Counted from the stretch's first letter, positions 9,965 to 18,731 are shown. The stretch: DNA of 64,000 nucleotides from Bacteroidales bacterium Bact_09 (GCA_001603455.1 LUZA01000008.1:443-64442); one strand, 5' to 3'. The notes: generated by a model from the sequence alone, not told the origin. Translations and numbers: made by a program.

Positions 9965-10141
9965 AATACAAAGATGCGTAAAACCTATTAAATGTTGCGC
10001 TATACAAATAAAAAAATGTAATTTCGTTACATGGTTTTTCTTTGGACAAACTAAATGTTGCCGATACACTTCATTTTACTTACCATGAAACAATTTTATG
10101 GAAAGACTTTAGTTATTTTAAAAATTATACGTTTGAATGAT

Positions 10142-10882
10142 ATGTATACCATTGCATTGATCCCCGCAAGATATGCTTCCACGCGTTTTCCCGGAAAACT
10201 CATGCAGAAGCTTGGAAATAAGACTGTTATCCTGCATACTTATCAGGCGACCTTGAATACGGGACTTTTTAAAGAAGTGGTCGTTGTGACAGACAGTCAG
10301 GAGATCTTCGGGGAAATCGTTCGCCACGGAGGAAAAGCCCGCATGAGCTTGGGAGAACATCTTTGCGGCAGTGACCGGATTGCCGAGGCCGCTACACATT
10401 ACCCGCAGGCCGATGTGATCGTCAACGTTCAGGGCGATGAGCCTTTTACCTCGGCAAACCCGTTGAAAGCCCTTCTCGGTGCTTTTGAAGGAAAAGAATC
10501 TCCGCCACCTGATGTGGCTTCCCTGATGTCTCCCATAAGCGATCCTAAGGAATTCAGTAATCCCAATGTAGTCAAGGTGGTGACAGACTGTCAGGGATTC
10601 GCACTCCTTTTCTCCAGGGCGCCCATACCTTATACCAGGGATCCCCAAGGATACCAAGCCAGGGCGTTCAGGCATATCGGGGTTTATGCCTTCCGCAGGG
10701 AGGCCTTGCTGCATTTTGCCTCCATTGCACCCGGCCCCCTGGAATTGTCAGAAAAACTGGAGAACCTGAGGTTCCTTGAAAACAATATGAAAGTTAAAAT
10801 GATAGAGGTACCCGGATATTCCAAGGGCATAGATGTTCCGGAAGATCTGGATGAGGCCAGAAAAATGATCAGCTCCTGTTGA
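10142..10882 (+). CDS. kdsB: 3-deoxy-manno-octulosonate cytidylyltransferase (CMP-KDO synthetase)
   Basis: MYTIALIPARYASTRFPGK... and VNVQGDEP motifs. Start moved to the internal ATG at 10142; TACGTTTG (10128-10135) lies just upstream. Confidence 0.9.
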   Translation: MYTIALIPARYASTRFPGKLMQKLGNKTVILHTYQATLNTGLFKEVVVVTDSQEIFGEIVRHGGKARMSLGEHLCGSDRIAEAATHYPQADVIVNVQGDEPFTSANPLKALLGAFEGKESPPPDVASLMSPISDPKEFSNPNVVKVVTDCQGFALLFSRAPIPYTRDPQGYQARAFRHIGVYAFRREALLHFASIAPGPLELSEKLENLRFLENNMKVKMIEVPGYSKGIDVPEDLDEARKMISSC

Positions 10883-12830
10883 TGTTCACCCGTCTGACTT
10901 CCTCCACGCCCAGGACTGATTCCAGCCTCTTGATAATATTGTTGATCTCCTTGGCAGATCTTACTTCAAGATGAATATCACATTCAAAAAGCGCATCTTT
11001 TGTGGTTACGCTCATGTTGTTAATGTTCAGCCCCCACTCTTCCGATATGATCTGGGATATTTCAAAGGTAATGCCCTTTCGGTCAACCCCAAATGCATGG
11101 ATATGTGCCGGATAGTAAGTAGTTTCATCGGCTTCGATATCTACGTTTACTATCGTTTCCCCGTGTTCTGTAGATAATTTGATGGCCCTTTCGCAATTGC
11201 GGGTATGTACAAATACTTTTCCACTCCCGTCCTGTGCTTCAAAACCCAACAGCTCATCCCCGGGGAGGGGAGAACAACACTTGGCAAATTTGTATCTTGA
11301 AGGCTTTATGGATATGTTCTGTTTGCGAAGGGCACTTCTGATACATGATTTGGCTTTATATGTGACAACGGCGTCCAGCCAGTCTTTCTGCGGCATGATG
11401 TTTGACGAGGTACCAATCTCCACCCTGTCGCCTCTTTTCAGAACCGTTTTGATAGAGCATAGCATTCCGTTCACCCGTGCAAACAATGCGTGATCTCCAA
11501 TTTCGGAGTGAATCACATAGGCAAAATCGAGTGCCGAGGCATTGCTGGGCAGCAGAATCTGTTCTCCTTTTGGCGTGAAAACCCGTATATCGTCATTATA
11601 AAGATTTGCCTTCACCCCTTCCAGGAAAAAACCGTCCTTGTTGTTAAAGCCGTCACGGTAAACCATATCTTTGAGCGTTCCCCGGAATTCCTCCACCCAG
11701 GCATCAACGCCCCCTATGCCTACATTTTTATTACGCTTAACTATACAACCATGTATGGAAGCTCCCTCCATCCTTTCGCTTTTGATATGAACTTCGGCCC
11801 AAGTCCCGTGTTCTGTCATGAACATGCAGTGTAATGCTTCATAGCCGTTGGCCTTCGGATTATCCACATAATTATGAAAACTGCCTACCCTCTCCGTATA
11901 AAGGTCCGTAAGCAACGAATAAATCTGCAGACACTGGTTTTTCTCAGAAATTTCGCGGGGCCCGCCCGCCTTAGGCTTGAAAACGATATTGAATACATAT
12001 ATACTTTCCAGTCTACGGAAAGGTACCTGCTTTTGTTTCATATGACGCCATATGGAATAAACGCTTCTGATATCCTGCGTTATCACGGCATCAATGCCAT
12101 TATCACGCAGTTTCTGTTCAATAGGGGCAACAAATCTGTTCCTGATGCCCTGGGTTTCTATGGCATGCTCATCCAGGACCTTCTGAATTCTTGAATACTC
12201 TTCAGGTGAACGGAACCTGAAACTGAGATTTTCCAGTTCTGTTTTAACCTTGTAAAGCCCCAGCCGGTTTGCCAGCGGTGCAAAGAAAAAATCGGTTTCA
12301 CCCGTGATCTTCATCTGCTTATTCAGGGGCATATCAGCTAGTGTCCGCATATTGTGCAGCCTGTCAGCCAGTTTTATGAGCAAGGCACGGATATCGTACT
12401 GTATGGTCATCAACATTTTGCGGATGTTGTCCACTTGCATGGAAAGCTCATACTGTTCTTTTTTCTCTTTCGTAAGCCCCTCTACCAGAAAGGCTACATC
12501 ATCCCCAAAAAGCTCTCTGATCTCTTCTATCGTATGTGCCGTGTCTTCCACAACATCGTGCAAAAGCGATGCAATAATGGGATTGGTTCTCAGTCCAATC
12601 TCTTCGTTGACTATACGGGCAACGGCTATAGGATGCAGTATATAGGGTTCACCGGCTTTTCTGGTTTGTTTCACGTGAGCCTGGTAAGCATATTCATATG
12701 CCTGCTTAATTCTCTCCAAATCTTCAGGCGAACTGTTCCTGGCAACATTCTTCAGAAAAATGTCGCGCTGCTCCTGTACCAACCGGGTATATTGCGCTTC
12801 ATTCTTTTTGCCCAATCTCAATATTTCCAT
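10869..12830 (-). CDS. RelA/SpoT-homologue (p)ppGpp synthetase/hydrolase
   Basis: HD hydrolase motifs (HPIAVARIV.., LLHDVVEDT), a synthetase core (..GYEALHCMF..), a TGS segment (IRVFTPKGE..LP..ASALDFAYVIHSEIG) and an ACT-like C-terminus. 653 aa. Confidence 0.88.
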   Translation of the reverse strand: MEILRLGKKNEAQYTRLVQEQRDIFLKNVARNSSPEDLERIKQAYEYAYQAHVKQTRKAGEPYILHPIAVARIVNEEIGLRTNPIIASLLHDVVEDTAHTIEEIRELFGDDVAFLVEGLTKEKKEQYELSMQVDNIRKMLMTIQYDIRALLIKLADRLHNMRTLADMPLNKQMKITGETDFFFAPLANRLGLYKVKTELENLSFRFRSPEEYSRIQKVLDEHAIETQGIRNRFVAPIEQKLRDNGIDAVITQDIRSVYSIWRHMKQKQVPFRRLESIYVFNIVFKPKAGGPREISEKNQCLQIYSLLTDLYTERVGSFHNYVDNPKANGYEALHCMFMTEHGTWAEVHIKSERMEGASIHGCIVKRNKNVGIGGVDAWVEEFRGTLKDMVYRDGFNNKDGFFLEGVKANLYNDDIRVFTPKGEQILLPSNASALDFAYVIHSEIGDHALFARVNGMLCSIKTVLKRGDRVEIGTSSNIMPQKDWLDAVVTYKAKSCIRSALRKQNISIKPSRYKFAKCCSPLPGDELLGFEAQDGSGKVFVHTRNCERAIKLSTEHGETIVNVDIEADETTYYPAHIHAFGVDRKGITFEISQIISEEWGLNINNMSVTTKDALFECDIHLEVRSAKEINNIIKRLESVLGVEEVRRVNINRS

Positions 12831-12886
12831 GTAGCAAATGTAAGCAATTTTGAGTATATTTGTCTTATCTATAAAACACTATTATT

Positions 12887-13477
12887 ATGATACATCAATT
12901 ACCTCCATTACCTTTTTCGGCTAATGATCTGGCTCCTGCCATCAGTCCCCTTACCATAGGGTATCATTATGGCAAGCACCATCAGGCCTATCTGAATAAT
13001 TTAAACAATCTGATTGGGGGTACACCTTACGAAAATGCCCCTCTCGAGACCATTATTGCCAAGGCTCCTGCAGGCCCTGTTTTTAATAATGCAGCACAAG
13101 TATTCAACCATACATTTTATTTTAACCAGTTCAAAGCCACAGGAAGCGCAAAAAAACGTCCGGAAAACGAACTCCTGAGAGCCCTTGAGAAGAAATTCGG
13201 TAATTACGATAAATTCGTGGAAGCTTTCTCCAATGCGGCAGCCACACTGTTCGGTTCAGGATGGGCATGGCTAATCCGGGAAAAAGACGGAAATCTGGCT
13301 ATAACCCAGGAATCCAATGCAGGTTGTCCGCTGGCAAAAAAGCAAAAACCCATAATGACCTGTGATGTATGGGAACATGCCTATTATCTGGATTACCAGA
13401 ATAAAAGGCCGGATTATATTAAGGCATTCTGGGATATCCTTGACTGGGAAGTAATCGAAAGCCGCTACCGCGAATAG
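12887..13477 (+). CDS. sodB: Fe/Mn superoxide dismutase
   Basis: LPPLPF...L.P.IS..T...HYGKHH N-terminus and the DVWEHAYYLDYQNKRPDY signature. Metal specificity cannot be read from the sequence. Confidence 0.9.
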   Translation: MIHQLPPLPFSANDLAPAISPLTIGYHYGKHHQAYLNNLNNLIGGTPYENAPLETIIAKAPAGPVFNNAAQVFNHTFYFNQFKATGSAKKRPENELLRALEKKFGNYDKFVEAFSNAAATLFGSGWAWLIREKDGNLAITQESNAGCPLAKKQKPIMTCDVWEHAYYLDYQNKRPDYIKAFWDILDWEVIESRYRE

Positions 13478-13491
13478 GCATAGCAGTTCTG

Positions 13492-14092
13492 TCAACGGGG
13501 TAATAAGGTGCTGGCACAAGGTGCCATGATGGGGATGCTTGCCCCTGTATCGGCATCTTTCACGGTAATTGCTGTGATGCTGGGAGCACGCATGGAAAAC
13601 ATGATCACATACACCATCCTGTACAACATAATTCTGGCTATGACAGCACCTCTTGTCTTTTCGTTCGTGGGACATCCGGCCGGCATTACATTCTGGGCAT
13701 CTGCCTGGATGATCATCCGCAGGGTTGCCCCCATCATCGTGTTTCCTTTGGCTGCAGCATTGATCTGTCAGCGTTTCTTTCCTCGTATGAAAAAAGGGAT
13801 CGTCCGTTACAGGACCATTCGGGCATTCCCCTGATCCTGATCATGTCGCTGATTTCCCTCCTACAATGTATCCTGCAATTCTCCTTTGGAAGGTGGCCAG
13901 GCTCTGGGACAAAAAAATGCATTGCTTGCCGTCTGGATGACACAGATGTATCCCTATCCCATAGCTTCAGTTGTACCGGCCTCATACGTACTATGGCAAA
14001 ATACATGGAACAGCCTGCAGTTGTGGCGTATCAAAGGAGTGATGAATGCTTTTCCGGAGCAATCACAAGAGGCAATGAAGAACGAATAGAAA
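13492..14092 (+). pseudogene. Decayed, N-terminally truncated membrane transporter (bile acid:Na+ symporter-like family)
   Basis: Hydrophobic reading frame 13508-13834 (..MLAPVSASFTVIAVMLGARMENMITYTILYNIILAMTAPLVF..) breaks, and the likely continuation appears in another frame at 13886-14089 (..GQKNALLAVWMTQMYPYPIASVVPASYVLWQNTWNSLQLW). There is no N-terminal half or start context. Confidence 0.4.
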
Positions 14093-14151
14093 AATCGATT
14101 TTAAAATTATGGTATCTTTACCGGGAAACTTGATAAATTTATTGACTTAAT

Positions 14152-14838
14152 ATGAAAACACTAAGAACTTTAATTACAGGATTGCTTATTGCATCACTGA
14201 TATTGACTAGTTGCGGGACCATTGGCAGGACAGGTGTCGGAGCAGGTATAGGTGTGGCTGCCGGAGCTGCTGCCGGAGCAGGCATAGGTGCAGCTGCCGG
14301 AAACACGGCCGTTGGTACCGCTATAGGTGCCGTTGTGGGTGGTGTGGCCGGAATCCTTATAGGACATCATATGGACAAACAAAAACAGGAACTGGAAGAG
14401 ATTCTGCCTGAAAATGCCTCCATCGAAATCGTAAATGAAGGTCAGGCCATTAAGGTGACCCTGGAATCGGGAATCCTTTTTGCCACCAATTCGACAGCAA
14501 TAGGTGAGAACGCCAAAACAGCCCTCCGGAATTTTTCGACCAATCTGAACCAGAACCCCGATACCAACATCAAGATCATTGGCCATACGGACATCACCGG
14601 TACAGTGGAATACAACCAGGGATTATCAGAAAGAAGAGCCAGAAGTGTACGTGATTTCCTTTTATTGGAAGGTGTTGACATCACCCGGATGACAACTCTG
14701 GGCAAAGGAATTCACGAGCCCATTGCTGACAACAATACAATAGAAGGCAGGCTGCAAAACCGCCGTGTCGAGATTTTTATCCTGCCTAATGAAAAAATGA
14801 TTGAAGAAGCACAACGTCAGGCCCAAACTTCAAAATAA
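14152..14838 (+). CDS. OmpA-family lipoprotein with glycine-zipper segment
   Basis: Lipobox (ILTSC), a Gly/Ala zipper (GVGAGIGVAAGAAAGAGIGAAAG) and an OmpA C-terminal domain (GHTDITG....N..LSERRARSVRDFL). Confidence 0.85.
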   Translation: MKTLRTLITGLLIASLILTSCGTIGRTGVGAGIGVAAGAAAGAGIGAAAGNTAVGTAIGAVVGGVAGILIGHHMDKQKQELEEILPENASIEIVNEGQAIKVTLESGILFATNSTAIGENAKTALRNFSTNLNQNPDTNIKIIGHTDITGTVEYNQGLSERRARSVRDFLLLEGVDITRMTTLGKGIHEPIADNNTIEGRLQNRRVEIFILPNEKMIEEAQRQAQTSK

Positions 14839-14881
14839 CATTCCGAAACAGATTTGTTTCCTGTGATTTTTTGTTTATTAA

Positions 14882-14918
14882 CATATGTTCATTATCTTTG
14901 TAAAGATCATATGTTCAT
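14882..14918 (+). promoter_or_regulatory. Promoter of the DUF134 cluster with flanking 11-bp direct repeats
   Basis: -7 box TATCTTTG (14893-14900), with TTTG (14870-14873) 19 nt upstream. Two copies of CATATGTTCAT (14882-14892 and 14908-14918) bracket the -7 box. The ATG is at 14922. Confidence 0.4.
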
Positions 14919-14921
14919 AAT

Positions 14922-15341
14922 ATGGCGCGACCAAAAAAATTACGCAAATTATCCAATCCGCCAAAAATCAAAGGATTCCGTCCAATAAAACCGGCCGGTG
15001 AAGTAGAACCTGCTCCCATTCTTCTGGATTATGACGAATTCGAAGCCCTTCGTCTGAGTGATTATCTTCAGAATAATCAAGCAGATGCTGCCAGGGAAAT
15101 GGGTATTTCAAGGCCGACCTTTGCCCGGATATATAAAAATGCTCGGCGCAAAATAGCCAGGTCATTTGCCGAAGGGGCCCCTATTTTATTTCAGGGCGGT
15201 CCTGTTTATTTTACCAGTGAATGGTACTCCTGCAAAAATTGCCGGTGTTTTTTCAACAACCCGGACAAGGACAAACCTTCTGTTATTTGTCCTCTTTGCC
15301 GTTCGTCAGACGTCCATCAATGCGAAACAGATACATTATAA
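14922..15341 (+). CDS. DUF134 (UPF0251) putative DNA-binding protein with Cys-rich C-terminal extension
   Basis: KGF.P...........L..DE.EALRL.D motif, an HTH-like QADAAREMGISRPTFARIYKNARRKIA, and a C-terminal CxxCxC-x13-CxxC-x7-C. Confidence 0.75.
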   Translation: MARPKKLRKLSNPPKIKGFRPIKPAGEVEPAPILLDYDEFEALRLSDYLQNNQADAAREMGISRPTFARIYKNARRKIARSFAEGAPILFQGGPVYFTSEWYSCKNCRCFFNNPDKDKPSVICPLCRSSDVHQCETDTL

Positions 15342-15352
15342 TACATAAAATA

Positions 15353-15670
15353 ATGAAAATTGCAATTACCTCCACCGGGAACAGCCCGGAATCAACTTTA
15401 GACAGCCGTTTTGGACGCTGTTCCTATTTTGTTATTTACGACACGGAATCCGGGACTACAGAGTTTATTCCCAATCCAAATAAAGAAGCTATGGAGGGAG
15501 CCGGCCCGGCATCTATACAGCTGGTAGCTTCCAAAGGAGTTGAAAAAGTGATTTCGGGTGAATTCGGAGGCAAAGTCAAAGCAATATTTGATAGTCTGAA
15601 GATCCAGCTTGTCATAGTCAATGATCGTACTATGACCATTGCCCATATTATTGAAATGGTTTCAAAATAA
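15353..15670 (+). CDS. NifX/NifB-C-terminal-like (dinitrogenase FeMo-cofactor-binding fold) small protein
   Basis: MKIAITSTG....LDSRFGRCSYFVIYD....EFIPN...........QLVASKGVEKVISGEFG pattern typical of this family. Start trimmed to the internal ATG. Confidence 0.75.
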   Translation: MKIAITSTGNSPESTLDSRFGRCSYFVIYDTESGTTEFIPNPNKEAMEGAGPASIQLVASKGVEKVISGEFGGKVKAIFDSLKIQLVIVNDRTMTIAHIIEMVSK

Positions 15671-15683
15671 TAACATTACAACT

Positions 15684-16019
15684 ATGAAAAAAATCGCTAT
15701 TCCATTGGAAAACGGACGTTTGTGTGCTCATTTTGGTCATTGCCAACAATTTGCAATAATCGATGTGGACAATAATTCCATTATATCAGAAACACGTGTC
15801 ACTCCTCCGCCTCATGAACCGGGCTTATTACCGGCATGGTTGGCCGAAAAAGGAGTCAGCCACATCATTGCCGGTGGTATGGGTCAAAGAGCCCTTGCAT
15901 TATTTAAAAACCAAAACATTCAGGTCTGCGTTGGAGCAGAGTCCGAAAACCCTGTTGAACTTGTCAATGATTGGATAAAAGGATCTTTGTCCACCGGCTC
16001 AAATGTTTGCGACCATTAA
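15684..16019 (+). CDS. Second NifX/NifB-C-terminal-like small protein
   Basis: MKKIAIPLENGRLCAHFGHCQQFAIIDVD....PPPHEPG.LP.WL...GV..IIAGGMG pattern. Start trimmed to the internal ATG. Confidence 0.75.
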   Translation: MKKIAIPLENGRLCAHFGHCQQFAIIDVDNNSIISETRVTPPPHEPGLLPAWLAEKGVSHIIAGGMGQRALALFKNQNIQVCVGAESENPVELVNDWIKGSLSTGSNVCDH

Positions 16020-16031
16020 TTCGCTTACATA

Positions 16032-16889
16032 ATGAGAATTGCCATTGCCAGTGGAAAAGGCGGTACCGGAAAGACCTTCGTTTCAACCAATCTCTTTGCT
16101 GTTGCAGAGAAAGAATTCCATAATGTTACGCTGGTTGACTGTGATGCCGAAGAACCGAATGTTTCTGAATTCATTAACGGAAAAACCATCAGTACAGAGA
16201 TAATCAAACAGCACCTTCCTGTAATAGACAAAGAGGCTTGTGTCTACTGTGGCAAATGCCGTCACTGGTGTAATTATAACGCTATTATCTGCCTCCCCGA
16301 TAACAAACAGATCTATCTGATAGAAGATCTTTGTCATGATTGCGGAGCATGTTTGGCTGCCTGTCAGTACAATGCCATCACTGAAATTGAAAAAAGATTA
16401 GGTACTGTTTCTGTAAAACAGTGTTCAAATCATTCCCGGACAATAGAAGCCCGTTTAGATATTGGCGTTTATTCTCCGATTTCGGTGATCAAAGCCGCAC
16501 TCAATAAAGCTCAGGATACAGAAATTATGCTAATAGATTCACCTCCGGGTATTTCCTGTTCTTTCATTGCAACTATTGTCCCGGCTGATTTTATTGTTTT
16601 GGTCACCGAGCCCACTCCTTTTGGATTGAACGATTTGAAATTATCCGTAGAAACACTCGAACAGTTAAAAAAAACTTTTGGGGTTGTGGTTAATCGGACC
16701 GGTCTGGGTGATGACCGGGTGTACGACTGGTTGGAAGAAAAACAAATTCCGTTGTTGATGAAAATTCCTTTCGATAAAAATATTGCACGGATATATTCGC
16801 AAAGCCGTCTGCTGGTCCGGGAAGATCCTTCTTATGCGATCCATTTCCTGAATTTACTCAAAGCAATTGAAGGATTATGCAAAAAATAA
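16032..16889 (+). CDS. MinD/ParA-superfamily P-loop ATPase with two 4Fe-4S ferredoxin motifs
   Basis: Deviant Walker A SGKGGTGKT, plus CVYCGKCRHWC and CHDCGACLAAC (CxxCxxCxxxC twice) inserted after the P-loop. Confidence 0.85.
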   Translation: MRIAIASGKGGTGKTFVSTNLFAVAEKEFHNVTLVDCDAEEPNVSEFINGKTISTEIIKQHLPVIDKEACVYCGKCRHWCNYNAIICLPDNKQIYLIEDLCHDCGACLAACQYNAITEIEKRLGTVSVKQCSNHSRTIEARLDIGVYSPISVIKAALNKAQDTEIMLIDSPPGISCSFIATIVPADFIVLVTEPTPFGLNDLKLSVETLEQLKKTFGVVVNRTGLGDDRVYDWLEEKQIPLLMKIPFDKNIARIYSQSRLLVREDPSYAIHFLNLLKAIEGLCKK

Positions 16890-17779
16890 ATGAAATTTCC
16901 ATTCTTAGCGGTAAAGGCGGTACCGGAAAAACTTCACTGGCAGCCGCATTGGCTACTTTACAAAAGAATACAGTAGTCGCAGATTGTGACGTCGACGCTG
17001 CTAATTTGTACCTGATCCTGGAACCTGAAGATTACAGAACCGAAAAATATATCTCCGGACATAAAGCGGTAATCAATTATGATATTTGCATACAATGCGG
17101 CTTATGTAAGGAATATTGCAGATTCAACGCCATTGAACGTATGACTGAACCGGATTATCCGAAAGGAAAGATCACTATAGTAGAAACATCCTGTGACGGC
17201 TGCTGGTTATGTTCCCGGATTTGTTCCGTTAACGCAATTGACATGGCTCCATGCGATAAAAGCTATTGGTCTACAGGCAATTATCAATATGGCAAAATGA
17301 TTCATGCACGCCTTGCCCCGGGAGAAGAAAACTCGGGCAAATTAGTGAATGTTGTCAGAGAACAGGCCCGTATAACTGCAAAAGAATCCGGGGCACAAAA
17401 CATCATTATTGACGGACCTCCGGGCACAGGATGTGCTGCCATCGCATCCATTACAGGAGCAGACAAAGTTGTAGTAGTCACCGAACCTACAGGAACCGGA
17501 CTTCATGATATGAAACGAATCCTGGAACTTGCGGGCCGTTTCCAGGTTAAAAAATATGTAGTTATTAATAAATCAGATCTGAATCCGGATATGACAGATT
17601 GTATTCGCAGCTGGTGTGAAAAAGAAGATATCCCTGTGATCGGAAATTTGCCGTTTGATCCCCGGATGGTTCATGCTATGGTAGCATGTAAAAGCATTAC
17701 AGAATGGGCACCCGGGTCAGAGATATCTACCGTCATAAAAGAAATCCACCGTTTTCTGAGCCGGGTTCAGAAAACGTAA
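16877..17779 (+). CDS. Paralogous MinD/ParA-superfamily ATPase with two 4Fe-4S ferredoxin motifs
   Basis: SGKGGTGKTS, plus CIQCGLCKEYC and CDGCWLCSRIC. Overlaps the upstream paralogue by 13 nt. Confidence 0.85.
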   Translation: MQKINEISILSGKGGTGKTSLAAALATLQKNTVVADCDVDAANLYLILEPEDYRTEKYISGHKAVINYDICIQCGLCKEYCRFNAIERMTEPDYPKGKITIVETSCDGCWLCSRICSVNAIDMAPCDKSYWSTGNYQYGKMIHARLAPGEENSGKLVNVVREQARITAKESGAQNIIIDGPPGTGCAAIASITGADKVVVVTEPTGTGLHDMKRILELAGRFQVKKYVVINKSDLNPDMTDCIRSWCEKEDIPVIGNLPFDPRMVHAMVACKSITEWAPGSEISTVIKEIHRFLSRVQKT

Positions 17780-17856
17780 CGGTATCACAACGCCACCCTT
17801 CTTCTGTTTTCCGTTATTTGGTATATTCGCACATTTCGATATATTATCAGAAAAAA

Positions 17857-18549
17857 ATGGATGCTCCGGTAATCATCATGGACTTCACCCGGGTTTACAG
17901 AAACCAGTCTTTTTATCTTGATTACGATCACGTTTTGATAGATTGTACGGACATTACAGGGTCCGATTGCTATTGTGATCCGGAAGCTGCAGGTATCATT
18001 CAGGAAAGGATAGCAGATCATCCCGTAAAGACGGTACATTTTCTGGATTCAGGGAACCACCACTATATGACAAAATTTTGGACAGACAGGATAAGCAGGG
18101 ATTTCCTTCTTGTAGTGGCAGATCATCATCCAGACATGCAGCCGGCTTTATTTGAAGATATGCTTTCCTGCGGAGGCTGGGTCCGGACCGTACTGGAATC
18201 AAATCCCTGGGTTCGTCAGGTATGGTTTATAGGTGTATCTGATCAATATCCGATCCCTCGTAATAATGACACGATCATTGTTTATCCAGACAGACCCCGG
18301 GCCGATTTACCTGCCTACTTATCCATAGACAAGGACATTTTGGATCCCAGGACCGTAACGACCAACTGGGACCAGGGTACTATGTCATACAGGCAGCTTC
18401 ACGCTGTTATCAGAGAGATCATGCACCGTCACCCCGTCCTGGGAGTGGATATCTGCGGTGAATGCACTACCTGTATTGATAGTCGCAGTGATTTGATCAA
18501 CGGCCGTCTTTTATCATGTATTGCAGGTAAAAACATTTTCCGGCTTTAA
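17857..18549 (+). CDS. Short arginase/ureohydrolase-fold protein, function unknown
   Basis: Motifs parallel the arginase-family metal sites: SGNHHY, VVADHHPDM (compare DAHxD), YLSIDKDILDP (compare SxDxDxxDP) and LGVDICGE. Start trimmed to the ATG at 17857. About 230 aa, shorter than canonical members. Confidence 0.5.
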   Translation: MDAPVIIMDFTRVYRNQSFYLDYDHVLIDCTDITGSDCYCDPEAAGIIQERIADHPVKTVHFLDSGNHHYMTKFWTDRISRDFLLVVADHHPDMQPALFEDMLSCGGWVRTVLESNPWVRQVWFIGVSDQYPIPRNNDTIIVYPDRPRADLPAYLSIDKDILDPRTVTTNWDQGTMSYRQLHAVIREIMHRHPVLGVDICGECTTCIDSRSDLINGRLLSCIAGKNIFRL

Positions 18550-18731
18550 CAGATTCTCCGGACTGACTTCGCCGTACATTTTGATGTAATTGCCAAAGAT
18601 TACCTCCCGGTGAAAGCAAAAGAGCAAGTCCTATTGCACGTAAAAAGCTTCACTTTCTTTGTGCAATTCGTCAATTTCTGTCAATGCTCCCAGTTCTTTT
18701 TGAGAATATGCAGATTTCTACAGCGATGCAT

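Noticed and set aside
10055-10141. N-terminal extensions in the supplied ORF track (for example 10055, 10069, 15221, 15639, 17704, 20332, 22603, 28065, 28071, 32248, 38037, 46828, 56890, 57700)
   Set aside because: The extensions precede canonical family N-termini or signal peptides. They often overlap neighbouring genes or promoters, and at least two (28065 TTG, 38037 GTG) are non-ATG codons printed as M. Starts were trimmed to internal ATGs, which I verified in the nucleotide sequence.
13271-13675. 134-aa minus-strand ORF overlapping the end of sodB
   Set aside because: It is antisense to the strongly supported SOD C-terminus and has a Cys/His/Arg-rich, improbable composition. No start context or motifs are present.
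14845-14860. Hairpin GAAACA-GATT-TGTTTC after the OmpA-like gene as a terminator
   Set aside because: The stem is only 6 bp and AT-rich, and its T-run doubles as the -33 region of the next promoter. This is too weak to call as a feature.
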